In this document: positions 52,184 through 64,000 of the stretch, piece after piece
Layout of the letters: each line of letters opens with the position of its first letter
How positions within the stretch are numbered: position 1 is the first letter of the stretch
Assembly: GCA_973895155.1 (NCBI GenBank)
Contig: OZ316892.1
Span: 7,113,251-7,177,250, forward strand
Direction: 5' to 3'
From: Marsupella aquatica
Taxonomy: Eukaryota; Plantae; Marchantiophyta
Length of the DNA: 64,000 bases
Program-made: the position numbers and the translations under genes
The notes under the pieces: model-generated
The model's database searches: none
What the model was told of the DNA's origin: nothing
What the model saw: only the letters and a program-made list of their open reading frames with translations

Positions 52184-55100
52184 CTCTGGTGACGATGTTG
52201 GTGCTGTTGGTCTTGTCCTCCTCTTGGATGTTCTTGAAGACGAGCTTCCAGACGCCGATGACGAGCGCCAGCCAAATGCAGTTCTTCACGGCGTGCCGCA
52301 GCCCGTACACGAAGTACAGCACCCGCTTCTTCAAAATGTAATGCCGCTCTATCAACGCCACCAGGATCTGCGCTTCATTCAGCCATTCCATTCAATACGT
52401 TTTTCGGTTCATGCAGCGAAGGACCTGTGCTTCGTTATTCATCAGCCATTCCATTTCATTCGATACGTTTTTATAGGTTTATTCAGTTTGAGGATACGTG
52501 CTTCATTCATTCAACCATTCCAGTTCATTCAATGCGTTTTTAGGTTCTTTCAGTTCCAGGATCTGCGCTTCATTCAACCATTCCATTTCTTTTCGATACT
52601 TTTATTAGTTTCATTCAGTGGCAGGATCTGCACTTCATTCAACCATTCCAGTTCATTCAATTTTTCTAGCTTCATTCAGTTTCAGGATCTGCGCTTCATC
52701 CAATACTTTTTTTAGGTTCATTCAGTTTCAGGATCTGCGCTTCATTCAACCATTTCATTTCATTTCATGCAATGCTTCGTTAGTTTCATTCAGTTGGTTC
52801 AGCTGAAGTCCGGTCTGGTCTGGTCTAGCGGTGGTCAAGCAATCTCATTCATCAGATCACGGCAGCAGATGGGATGACGATTGTTTGGCATCATCACGAG
52901 CTGTGAAGGATTGGTTTCAGCTCACGTCAGTAGACACGGTTATGCAATTCATTTTACATCACAAGCGTTGAAGAAGCTTTTAGGTCTGGAGATTTTGAGA
53001 CAATCTCATTCATCAGTTGCCGTCGGAGGACACGGCAAGAAATTCGAAATGCATCACAAGCGTTGAAGAAAGGTTTTAGGTCGGGAGAGGGCAAGAGAAT
53101 CTTATTCATGAGCTGACATCAAAGGACACGGCAAGCAATTCAGTTGGCATCACAAGCAGCGAAGGACTTCTTTTTTTTATGAGGCCATCGGTTACTGGAA
53201 TTGATTTGATTCCTAAGTTGTGCGCCAACATGTGGAGAACGAGCCGGACGACGAAATTTGAGGTTAGTGTTTCGTTTCCTGTGAGCAAAGATTTCCGACT
53301 TGCGAGGGCGATTCTAGACTCTATTCGTTGTTAGTGCCTTGAGAGCTGCCTGTGATGCACACATGAATGCCAAGCGGAGGGTCCGTTGTCCGTGTCGTGC
53401 GCGGGAGCTAATGCTGCCATTGAGCCTCTGTCGTGCTCAACTGGTTGCACGAGGGTGGATTTAGGTTTAATTTCATCCGACAACCGATGTTGTCAGAAAA
53501 ATCATCCCTGAGCGCTTTCCCTTTCAACCTGCATTGAGCTTCGAATGCTCTATGTTTTTCGCATACGGACGAGGCTTCCGTTGGATTTCAGGGAATTTAA
53601 GCAGGGAACTCAGCGCTACGAATGATTTCTTATTTCACTGACGGATTTCAAATTTAAGCACTGCTCTAGGCAACGAAGACGAAATGAGGTAAGAAAGAGT
53701 AATTGTTGGGCTTACCAGCACACACCAACCAGCAATAAGGCGGCCGGAGACGACGACGATAGCAAGAGCAAGCCACTGCCAGAGAGCAATATCCCTCCAA
53801 ACCACTGCCTTCAGCTTGCGGAATTTTACCGCGAAAACTAGAACAATGATCAAGGCAGCCAGAAATAACCATTGGAAGGCGACGAGCCATTTCCGCTGCT
53901 TCTTCTTTCGCTTCTTATACGTGGGGATGGCGTCGTCATCTAGAGGATCCTTCTCGTCCTCAGGCGGGGAAGCCAAATTGGCTTTAGACTTGGAGAACAA
54001 ACCCATCCTCGACGGCGAGAGCAGCCCCAACCGTGACGGTGAGAACAATCCCAGGCGCGATGGCGCTGCTGCTGGAGGGGGCCCTCCGACAGCAGTAGCA
54101 TCTCCGCCTCCGGGTAAACTCACCGATTTCCGACTGATCGATGGCCCAAACCTGGGCTGCGCATGAGCTTCCTCCTCTGGAACCACACCAGGTTGACGGA
54201 CCATCGATATCCTCCGACTCGTCATGGGTCCAAACCTCGCTTGCTGCGCTCCACCTCCTCCCTCGTCCTCCACATTTGGGGGATTGGCCGAATTCCGCCT
54301 GCTTCTCGTCCCCGCGTCTGACCACAAGCTCGCAATTTGATCAGACACCGCGAGAGTCATCGGGGGAGGATCTTGCAGCCGTGTCTTAACTCGGTACAAG
54401 GTTGGTCGAGGCGGTTTTCTCCTCGAGGTGAGGAGTGGAAGGTCTCCAATAACGCTGTCGGTTGGGGAGACCTCCCCGACCTCCTCATCGACGGGCTCAT
54501 TCGGACCACCAGCCTCAGAAGGAAGCTCTGGTGAATCTTCCGCTGCCGCTGGCAAAATCAATTCGCTCAGATTAAGTTTTTTTTTGAAGTCGCTTTTTAT
54601 TCGCGTGATTGTTGGCACCACAGGAGGCTGCTGTTGCTGGTGTTGAAGTTCAAGTGCTATTTGTTCATGATCTTCCTGGTGTTGCTGTCGTTGTTCGTTC
54701 ACTGCTATTTGATCATGTGGTCCACCTGCTTGATGATTTTGTTGTTGTTCCTGTTCTGATTCCAATTCTCTAACGGGGGGAAGAAAAGGAATAGCAACCT
54801 CCTGTTCGACCTCCGAAATCGCAACCTCTTTCTCAATCTCGAAGCTGTCGTCAGCATGGTAATCCCAGCTGTCCCGGGGTTTCTCCACCGCATGGTGTCT
54901 AGAAATCGTATCCTCAGGTTCTGCTGCATCCTCGTGTATAGGTGGCGATGGTGGTAAGTGCACGTTGATAATCACGGGAAATGAGGATCCTCCGGGGCTG
55001 CTCCCGCTCGACTCTGCTGCAAGGAGAGCGGCGGCCAAGGTATCTCCCTGGCGTGAATGGCCAAGCTCTGGTGAGACCTCTGGGTCGCTGGATGATGCCA

Positions 55101-55272
55101 TTGGGTCGCTGGACGATGCCATGTCGTCGTTGCCGCTGCTCGTAGACGGGCGCTGTGACTCAATGTCAATCTTTTCGTCATCTCCAAGCCCTTGACGCGA
55201 GGAATGCGAGGCGGAGGCAGGAGGTCTGCCGCTTTCATCGTCTTCATCTATGTCTAGTACATTTGATGACAT
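39835..55272 (-). CDS. MSL: MscS-like mechanosensitive channel (plant MSL4-10 type), 9 exons
   Basis: Exons 55272-53716 (start uncertain, alternative ATG 55326), 52367-52185, 46242-45622, 45056-44919, 44521-44279, 43573-43358, 41170-41139, 40541-40265 and 39996-39835, all phase-consistent. Motifs RVLYFVYGLR, SFHRAAYFDRVQD.LFHQYVLETLS, VSAWTLKRLM, ERRSLALTLSDNRT, FVFGN..FESLIFLFVMHPFDVGDR, YYPNSVLATKAISNYYRSPD. Confidence 0.93.
43305..43354. repeat. (GA)n microsatellite next to MSL intron 6 donor
   Basis: Direct reading. Confidence 0.95.
46740..47090. repeat. ~90-bp tandem repeat, 4 copies (MSL intron 2)
   Basis: GAGAGTTTCAGAGCAAACCATATAGT...ATGGAAAGCT..TACAAT recurs about every 90 bp. Confidence 0.85.
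47960..48250 (+). mobile_element. tRNA-like SINE copy
   Basis: A-box-like TGGTAGGTTGG, B-box-like AGTTCAATCCC (48007), GT-rich body and 3' CGTCTATCCTCTGTTGGATGGGTC with an A-rich tail. Homologous to 12620-12940. Confidence 0.7.
49400..49950 (-). mobile_element. Possible further CRE 3'-end remnants
   Basis: Minus strand has AQTFIIWRH (cf. AQARAIYRR), PPLLYLADL (cf. PIPLADL) and ATTGTACTCTGTTTGGCCCTC...TGTATTAAAAA (cf. the CRE 3' end TTTGTACTCTGATTGGTCCCTTTGTATATAAAAA). The pieces are not in CRE order, so they may come from more than one copy. Confidence 0.35.
50900..51365. repeat. ~70-bp minisatellite, 6-7 copies
   Basis: GGACTTTACTATATCCCT...GCCCCCAAAATGCC.TATAAACAGGATATAG repeated. Confidence 0.92.
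51615..52180. repeat. 55-bp and larger tandem duplications ending in (GA)n at MSL intron 2 donor
   Basis: GGTAATACACATCAAAATGTGGCAATATAG occurs three times and GCCCTAATAGTAAACCTATT..CGTGAGTTTACTAGTGTA twice; (GA)n at 52142-52180. Confidence 0.9.
52360..52800 (-). repeat. Tandem array (~7 units) containing copies of the MSL exon-2 3' splice site
   Basis: Plus-strand AGGATCTGCGCTTCATTCA.CCATT and variants recur every 46-71 bp. Confidence 0.9.
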
Positions 55273-56123
55273 CCAGAGTGGCTTTTGAAAGCTCGTCCTT
55301 GTCGTCGTTGTGACCTGCACGATCATGGACGACCTGGGTGAAACCAAAACACTGCCAGACAGTAGGTACCAGAGCTAGTGTTTCTGGTACTGCACAATGG
55401 AGTGAAAGTGGTAAATTCAGACCAATTTCGTGCCTCCCGCGATTGCTGTTTAGCCCTCCCATCGCCGTCGATTGTAACTGCCGTGGTTAATGGAACGTTT
55501 TCGTTCTCCTCCATATTGTGGATGGTATATGTCCCCTTCTCTTGGAAGATGACGCACACGTCTAAAGCTGAAGCAACACCGACACACCTCACCACGCGGT
55601 ATAATCCGATAGTGATGGAGGTATCTGCACATTGGAACCGCCGCAGGACCGTTGTGCTGTGGCGTTTCGATGTTCAGGCACGAAGCGAGGGTGACATACC
55701 GAACTGCTCTACAATCAACTTCTAATTTGGTGATTCTCCCATAGTTCAAAGACCTTGGGGATGGAAATGCGTCTTGGCTCCCCAGGGGTTTATCTGTGAG
55801 CGTTTCGATTGATAATTGTAGAGAAGTAACGGTTTGGCGTCCGGACAACAGAACTTTAGGCCTTCCAGCAAAGGCTTTGGGCTCTGGATGGACGTGTCAC
55901 CCAGCTGGAATTTCCACCTGACTGGGAAAGGACTGTGAGCATTTCATTGATGTTGGTTAGAGTGGTAGGAGAATTCACTAGGCCACTGTGCCACTTGTAT
56001 AACATTAGACTTTGTAAGGAAAAAGATTCCGCTGACGGTCTTTCGGTGCAGTTCTGATGCAGGCATTAGTGTAAGCTTTTTCTGAATTTAAGTCGAAGCG
56101 TAGTGAACAACAGCAGCAGCAGC
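55273..56123. promoter_or_regulatory. Short divergent intergenic region, candidate bidirectional promoter (MSL/MED22)
   Basis: The two start codons face away from each other about 850 bp apart. Confidence 0.5.
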
Positions 56124-57111
56124 ATGAACAAGCCAGGTGGCGGTTTGGTCGGGGGCGTGGGTAGCGGGGCAGGTTTTGGGGTAGGAAATGCGCCTGCGGC
56201 TGGACCAACAGCTGCAGCGACCGCCGCCGCGCAACAACGGCAAAGGACGCTGCTGCAGAGAGCTGATGCTGACATTGGAAGCTTGCTCGACAATTTCTTG
56301 CATCTCGTAAAGGCAGCCCGGGTAAATCTCTTTCTCATGTTCTTCTTTTTCCGTTAACTCGCTGTGCAAGCTCTTCCTACGCGCATATTGTATCCTGCAT
56401 GTTCTGAGACAGATTTAAGTTTGGTTTTTGAGCTTGTATTACAGTAGGATTGTCCTCTGAGTTGGCCGGTTTGTGTTCTTTAACTATTTGCCAGATCAAT
56501 GATCCTTTGAGGAACGCACAAGAGTCTTTCCAGATGGAAGTGCACACATCCAAGGTGGTAAGTTTTCATCGTACAGTTCTGTGAATGCTTTGCTGTGGTT
56601 GACGATCCAATCTAAATGGGCGGATGCGATTGAAGCCATTCTCAGCACCATCCGTAAGTTTGTGGGTTCGTCTTGGCACGGTCCAATCCAACCCCGTTGA
56701 TTACAACTTGGTTTGACCGTCTGGCAGAAGTTGTCTAACCTGGTAGTTCAATGTTCACATCGAGAGTCGCTGTCGTACTGCACTCTCGAGCATCTACCTG
56801 GTCCCTGAATGGTTTTCTTATTATTATCGTATTGGCAGGTCCAAGCTGCCGATTCACTCCTCAAGCTAGTATCTGAGCTCAAGCAGACAGCCGTTTTCTC
56901 TGACTTCACTGCACTCAATGAACAGATAGAGAAGCGTAGTGCGACGTTTGTACACCTTAATGAAGAGACAGAACAACTGCTCATGTCTGTTGGAGAAGAG
57001 GTTGCAGCCTCATTACAAGATCTCGAGTCGCATTATTACAATTCCTCTCATCGAACGGTGGCCTTAGAAAATGGAGACCATAAGAGCAACGGCGATGTGC
57101 AAGAGTTTTGA
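56124..57111 (+). CDS. MED22: Mediator subunit 22, 3 exons
   Basis: Exons 56124-56321, 56495-56557 and 56839-57111 give GPTAAATAAAQQRQRTLLQRADADIGSLLDNF.HLVKAAR / INDPLRNAQESFQMEVHTSKV / VQAADSLLKLVSELKQTAVFSDF...DLESHYYNS. Confidence 0.95.
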
Positions 57112-59594
57112 GGGATCTTCATTTTGGGGGTACGCGTGCAGAGGAGAGGTGACTGCCACGATGTTATGCTGTTAAGTCATGCCCTTTAGACCTCACCTAT
57201 TACTCCTTGACATCAACTCAAATACCAGTGGATGTGTGTTTTCCCCGACTACGTATAGTGCAGATTTCAGAGATCGTGTGGAGGCTCCAAATTGTTACAG
57301 GTCGAGCGAAGAGTTTGAATCATAAGACCAAACTCTTGGCTTATCTGAAGTTCTGACCTTGTAAGGTGGTCATTATAAGGTTCGCACTTCAAATGTAACA
57401 AATGAAGTGTAGCACTAAAAGCATTTTTCGGTCACAGAATTAACTTGCCTTTGTATATTTGTATCCACGGAATTCGCGGTTGAAATCAAAATTTATGTCT
57501 TGGGCATGCCGTACGAAGTCATCTACGATCTAGTATTCTTACCATGGAAGGCTTCTGATTTCCATTGTAAGTACGTTTTTGTGCTAGTCTAAGTACTACA
57601 ACGTAAATTCTGTCCAGTTTTCTCTTGTATTTTCCACCATTTTGTTTTTACGCTATCTTGGACATGGCCAGATGAAGTTGCTCCTCAAGGACCGTGCCCA
57701 CCCTCAACGTGGTCCGGTTGGGGTGGAAACAAGAGGTGCTCGGCAGAAAGTGCACACAGGATTGAGAGACATGTATACTCTGGACTTTAATTAACAAACA
57801 ATCGCCATCACCATCGGAGTCACTTTCGGTTTGAACGTAACATCCATTGACCTATTCGGGAGACACTTTTCTGTAAATGTGATGTTTGAGGAGGCTCTGC
57901 TTACGCTGCTCTACTTCGTGGCCGTCTCCTCGTTTTACTTCAACAAAATTGTGGACGACCTCCAGGCTAACACCTTACAAGGGATGGACATGACTGGCAG
58001 TCTCGTTCTTCGATGGGCCCACTGTGAGGACACCTAAACTTACTCGGCCGTCCGGAGTCCAACTCTTTTCCGCAGCAGACCGCAGGCCATTGAAGTGGAC
58101 GTGAACATTGTCCTCATAACTTCGTCTATACTATTTTCTTGCCAGTTTTGCACAACCAGATGACTCACTTTAAAACAATAGTGTCTTCATCGTTTCTGAA
58201 GTAACCGTCAATGTGAAAGTTACTAAGCCTGGCCTGCAAGTCCAGGTGTTAGTGGAGTTGAGTGCCCTGTACCGCTCACGATTGAAGTCATTAAGGATTG
58301 CGTCGGGGAAAGTTTTGCAAGGGTAGGCATCTTGTACGACTACCATATTTGTTCCAAGTTCTAGGAACCGTGACGATGGTATGATCCTTTACACAGAATC
58401 ATGGCCTGTGTTTGCGGTTGTGGAGATATTTTGATTGCTATGGCGAAATGCAGATAACGAGCAGAAGTGGGTGCAAAAGGAATGAGAAGTATGAGGTTTT
58501 CGAGGCAGTACCTCGGAGGTTGCTGCGTTTTGAGATATTCCAGCATTGTGTGTTGAGGGTTACCTCCTACCCATTATGAAGGTGGGGTTCCATAATCTAG
58601 GACAATTTAGAGAATTATGAGGTAAACACTGTCAGTTACAATTTAGTGATATCCATCTACAGAGTACTCAATGCAGAGTACCAAAGTTTGTTCTATAGCT
58701 TTTAGAACCTTTCGTTAGGTTAGCGTTTCTTCCAAGCTTTAAATGAATTTCGTCCATCCAGATCCTCTAAAGGCATACCCTATTGCAATCGAGGACGAAC
58801 ACAGCAGGCATTGAGTCGACTTTACATTAGCGCGCTATTCAGGCATTTCTGAAAAGCATGAGGGATAAAATGGAGCTTGTCGGTTTTCCCTTTCCTGCTT
58901 CCACAACCTGGTACGCTCTGGTGAGCTTTGAGAACAGAATGATAAGTATACTCGCTTTGTTGTCTACATGCACTATGAATCTTAAATGAAGTTCCTAATC
59001 GACTCTTGTACAGATCAGATTCTTCTAGTTCATCAGTTTGACTTGTAATAATCTAGGACAATTTGTTAAAATCCAGCATCACGAAACTTTCCAAACAATA
59101 GAGGGAATCCATGAAACATTCTGTGAAATGAGAATGTCATTCAAACCATATTTAGCTGCTGGATTTTGACAAATTGTTCTCGAATGAGCAAATTAAAAGA
59201 TACCAAACAATTATATGAAATAATAAGTCACCCGAAAGACAGAACTTGTGCACATCAAATCTCATTGAAAGGAACGTCCAGCCAATCTTACATTTTGACC
59301 AGGCTTACAGCTGCATGAAACCCAATTGTAACCAGCACATAGCTGCGCGATAACGAAGTGTAGGTGCAAAGCGAAGTGACATGTTCAGAAAACTATTCCA
59401 ACCAGTAGAATCAACAGCCGCTTCCGACAAATACCCCCATGGCAGCTAGTAAATTGTATTCAATTTCATCGGACATAATCTCTCGATTTGATCAAACAGA
59501 ATTGCTAAAATTCCGTTGGCCAATTCCTGAATTCAGGGAGTATGTTCTCTCGAGCCTGCACCAAGGGGCTGTGCTGAATCACTCACTGTGGCGT

Positions 59595-61587
59595 TCATGA
59601 CTTCAATAAATTCTTGACTCCATAATCAGATATGGGAAGAACTCCGGTGGACAGAATCAGTGCATCGACAGGAATATCTGTGCTATCCACCGGAATGGGA
59701 TTCTCCGTAACTTGTTCCGAATACGCTAATGCCACTGTAAGTCCGAGTACATTGAAGTCAGTCATCATGCCTCGAACTGGTATTGGATTTCGAGGTTCCA
59801 ACTATTGAGTACTTCAAGTCGGAATTTAGACATTCTTGTGATAACCAGGAGAACAATTGAGTAAAAGCAAAATGCAGTCGTGCTTGCTCGATTGTCAACT
59901 AGCCACTTGGACATTATCCTGTTCAAGTGCATTTGGGCGACAGCATCATTTCAACAAGAGAATAACCTGGACTAATGATGTCACAAAATGAGGATACTGT
60001 AGAGAAACTCACCGAGGAGAGGTGGCTTCCAACCTTTGTCCTTGGCTAGTTGCAGATACCTTTGAATAAACACATCATAGTATCTGCATAGACAATCATA
60101 AATAAGGCTACTGGTTTCTTTAATACATACGTCAACAAGACGAGAGGACTCCGTGAAGCTAATGGTAGATATACTCATGCAGTACGAGGATCGATTTTAC
60201 TGCATAGGGAATTAGCGGGCATACCCTCCACCTCGACCAAGTCTTCGACCTGTGCGATCAAAAGCAAGACCTGATTGAAAAAAAGACAGCCGTCAGACTC
60301 TAAAGATAAATCGATGTATCTCTCCTGGGTCTGGAGTCTGGACTAGCAGCATTGCTTGGTCTACAATGCACTGCATATTAACGCTTATTCCAGTTCTTGT
60401 TTCTCCTTACAAATTAGGAAGGGAACATACCAGGCATCAGGACCAAATCAACAGGTGTTTCAGCATCCATCACTGCCATTACATAGGTCAGGAGAAATGA
60501 GGGCACGTGATCGGCATTTCGCATCACGATTGTACTCGAATATCAATATCTATAAATCCCGGTTTAAAGTGCTTGTTCTGGGCCAAACTGCAACACTCAA
60601 ACCACCTTTCTACTAGCAACTTTGCAATTGAAGAGAAAATGTGACAGCATAGGATAAATCAGCGGTGAGGGACGGAATGTTCTCGCTATGGCCCAAAGAA
60701 CCAACCATTTTTCCGAGGGTTGCCATCTGGGTAGTTGAAATCTGGCTCTACAATGCCCATGGAGTTCACAATCAGATCCGATACGGTAGTGACATAGAGC
60801 ATGGACATGTTGGCCTCCCGGTCTACCACTCGAGGCACAAAGAGTTCCTTTGCTCTCTCTGAATCCCTGACGCTTATAATTCGTTAGAACAGTCATGCAT
60901 GCACACACCGGAGGCAGTTGAATGATGTTTGGTAATCAGTACTTTACTACCAAAAATGAGACAGCAAAGCTTGTCGGCAAATGACAGGTACAACTCCTCA
61001 TCTTGTCTGACTCCCTGAAGAGAATCCCTCCCAGAATTAGGAATTCCTGATAGTACCAAAACACGCACGGAGTATGACCAACAAGACAGGGGAGGCTCTC
61101 CATTGCTCAACTCGGAACACGAATCATACCAGTATCTTTCTGCTGCAAGATCTGCGTCACAATTAGAGATGTGTCGACTTCTCGTAGAGCTGCGCAGCTC
61201 AGGTAAGCACATAATTTATTGCTGTGCCTGAACCAGTCGGCAGATAAGACATGGGCCTGAATTGCATTGTCTGCACGCAGACTATCAGCCAAATCAGAAA
61301 ACGAAACTGTCCGAGAAGAACACCGAACTGCACTCCCCCCCCCCCTCTCAAAACATTCTGCTCTCAGACTTTTGCGAGTCGCTGTCAGTAAGAGAATTCA
61401 TTGCCAATAGGGAACTGAAATCCATCTGGGAGTGCCCACCTTCTTCTTGTCGGAGACGAAGAGGGAAATTTCGAAGCTTTCGTTTCACCACCGCTCGTAG
61501 GGCTTTCTTCTGCTGCTGTACCGACTCCTGTACTGACCCTGCCATGCCTGCCGCTCCTCTTTGAAGGACCGCCACCCTACTCAGCAT
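59595..61587 (-). CDS. 5FCL: 5-formyltetrahydrofolate cyclo-ligase (probably organellar), 7 exons
   Basis: Exons 61587-61440, 61270-61130, 60858-60706, 60472-60431, 60270-60225, 60083-60013 and 59734-59595, phase-consistent. Motifs KKALR, [51 protein letters not shown] and DIPVDALI. Start is ATG 61587 or the next ATG (MAGSV). Confidence 0.94.
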
Positions 61588-64000
61588 TCTTCTATCTCTG
61601 TCTCTTTTTCTCTGACCAAAAATCCTCCTTCGGTACGCAAGCAACCAGCTGGGAACATTTGGATACTAAACTTCACAAGACTGGCGAGGTACATCAATTG
61701 TTGAGCCAATTTCGATTGGTTAGCACATCCAGTTCACAACCATGTGTCAGCTGGGACGACCTGGAAAATGCTGCCAGACTTTTACAGTGAATGAGAACAG
61801 TAAAACCATTAGACGAAGTTGAGAGATATAGTTGATCTTGATGGAATTTGAGAGAGCCTGCCTTGTAATTGTTCTGTCGGTCCAGTTGTTCTTGAGCCAT
61901 CAAGTCGAACAGATGAGAGGAAGTCTCAAACCAATCAAACGCAAGTTGATTGCTATGAGAAAATTCATATTGACGGCTTCGTAATGTTCATCCTCCAAGA
62001 AATTTTTGCTAGAAAGGTGAGTTGAACTAGGTGAGCAACGAAAAGCAAATTCAAGAGAATTGATTTAGTATGGCAAGTTTAAGTAGCCAGTGAAAAGTTA
62101 GATTTGTCACACCTAAACGTCTTAAAATTGCCAGAGTTCTTTTGCCTTGAAAAAACTCATTGAATAACATCAAAAAGTCAGCATACAACATGGGTGGCCC
62201 ACAAAGGGGGCTGGCACCTGGGTGGACCAAAGGTCAAGAAGCCAACAACCCGGAGAGGCCGGAACCAGGAAAGAAGCTAAACCAAAGGGAAAGCTAAACT
62301 ATAAATTTAGTTACTGCAGCAGGAGCAGCTCAAACTCCAAAAGCCCGGCCAGTGAACAAGGAACCGGCCGGGTACCATCAGTAATAGAGAAGCTATTGGT
62401 CTAGTCTGCACTGTAGCTCCAAATCCTGTGAAGTAGAGTCCTTCATGAACGGGGCGGGACTTGGAGAATGTGCTCGTGTATCTCCCACAAACCAGTCCAA
62501 GAGCCATAATCAAAGGCCAATTCAATGAATTGCCGGAGTTCTTGTTTAGAAAATGGTGATCCTTCCATCTTGGTCATCATGGTTCTAAAAGTCAAAATTG
62601 TCACTCATACACAAAATGAGTTTAATTATTTTCTTGTGTTTTTCCTTGTCAATTAATCCTTCCTTGTTATAACCACTATTGCTACCTTCCGCTGTATCCC
62701 TATTTTCAAAATTCCCAGCCTGGTCCGGTCTACGAGGCACCCCCTTCCACCTCCACATTGTTGATCCCTTGCATAGGAAAATCCTGTAAATCTAAAGTAT
62801 CCAGAAATATCGTTGCTAAACAATTCCCTTCACCAAAAGTGACACATCTCCACCCAGGTACATAAGGTGAAGTTGATTTGAGACACTCCCTATATCACTA
62901 GTGGCATCTTGCTAAGAGCTGCATTGAGGGAAAAATCCTTTGAATACCTTTGTCTACTTGACCTTCTCCTTTTGGGACCCCGCCCCCCCCCCCCCCCAAT
63001 GGCCATACACTTCTTAGCTGATCCTCTAGAAGACACCATAATGCTGCAACTAGCCAAAACAACTATCAACCTGAATAACAAGAAACGGGACAAGAAACCA
63101 TATACTCAACAACACTTCACAAAATGACTGGAGGAGAGGTTGCATAGGAATTATACTTTGAACTAGTAAGATGAAATTATACTTTGAACTAGTAACCTAA
63201 ATACACACCCCCCTCTAACTATATTATTTGAAGTTCAAATCAAGAAAAGTGGTGGGGAGAAGAATTCAAATTCCCTATAACAGCTTTTTATTAACCTGTC
63301 CCCCAAACTACCCAATATTACCAACTTACCCCCCAAACAAAACTAATTATCAATCCTGTCCCCCATTTTGTATTTGGGTCAGTATCAGCTCTTACACGGG
63401 TTCCCGTTGCCATGTGGCAACTCACTACTGGCTAGCCTAAGTAACCTGCCGCCACCCCCCTTGGCCCCCCTTCCCCTTCCTTGTTGCAGGGCACAGTTGC
63501 AGGTCCGGGAGGGGCAGACATATGTTGTTTTTTGCTCCACACTCCCCTCACAAAATCCTGACACTTTTGGGCCCTCATTTTTACTTGAGGAATTTGTGCT
63601 GACTATGTGGACATTTTCCTCAATACATACAAGCTGATTTCCTCATTTTTGAGGTTGACACTTTTGAGCTAAGAGTCATCCCTTGTATGACATCTGCTTG
63701 ATGTTGTACCATCGAGAGTGCTTTGATCTTTTTTCACTATAGAGTCGTCAGGGGCACTAGCCCTGTTTTGCCAGTCTAGCCGCAAGACATCCTCACAATT
63801 TACTCCATGATCTCTTACATCATACAATCATATACGTGCTATATGCGACTAAGCTACCATCTTTGCCCCTGACTGCAAGACCCTCTTAATTGAATCCAAT
63901 GGATTCACAAATTTCTTGCCAAATTGTGGAGAAATTATGGAGCCGATAAGCATGAGGCAAGGATTTGAACACTTCAAGTCAGCAACCATCCTTCCAACCT

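Noticed and set aside
52224-52806. Phe/Gln-rich plus-strand ORFs
   Set aside because: These are antisense translations of MSL exon 2 and the splice-site repeat array.
62140-63120. Possible decayed LINE on minus strand
   Set aside because: Only a vague 3'-UTR-like end and weak endonuclease resemblance.

Overview
Eukaryotic land-plant nuclear DNA with GT-AG spliced genes. A non-seed plant such as a liverwort is plausible from the TE content, but that is inference. Five apparently intact genes can be modelled by hand: an intronless ALG5 (-), an Alfin-like PHD gene (+, 5 exons), a 15-kb MscS-like channel gene (-, 9 exons), MED22 (+, 3 exons, head-to-head with the MSL gene) and 5-formyl-THF cyclo-ligase (-, 7 exons). 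There are also a MAM33/p32-family pseudogene and a GatC-like remnant. Mobile DNA includes a near full-length CRE-clade (RT plus restriction-like endonuclease) non-LTR retrotransposon between a 1.1-kb foldback element and a tRNA-like SINE head, a full-length Ty1/copia element (332-bp LTRs, GTACT TSD) that split an older CRE remnant, several SINE copies and many minisatellites. The most unusual signals are a tandem array of copies of a 3' splice site in MSL intron 1, the foldback/CRE/SINE-head composite, a UGA-C stop at the copia gag/pol junction, and a repeat- and hairpin-rich unclassified block at 25.6-28.2 kb. All calls come from reading the sequence; no searches were run.
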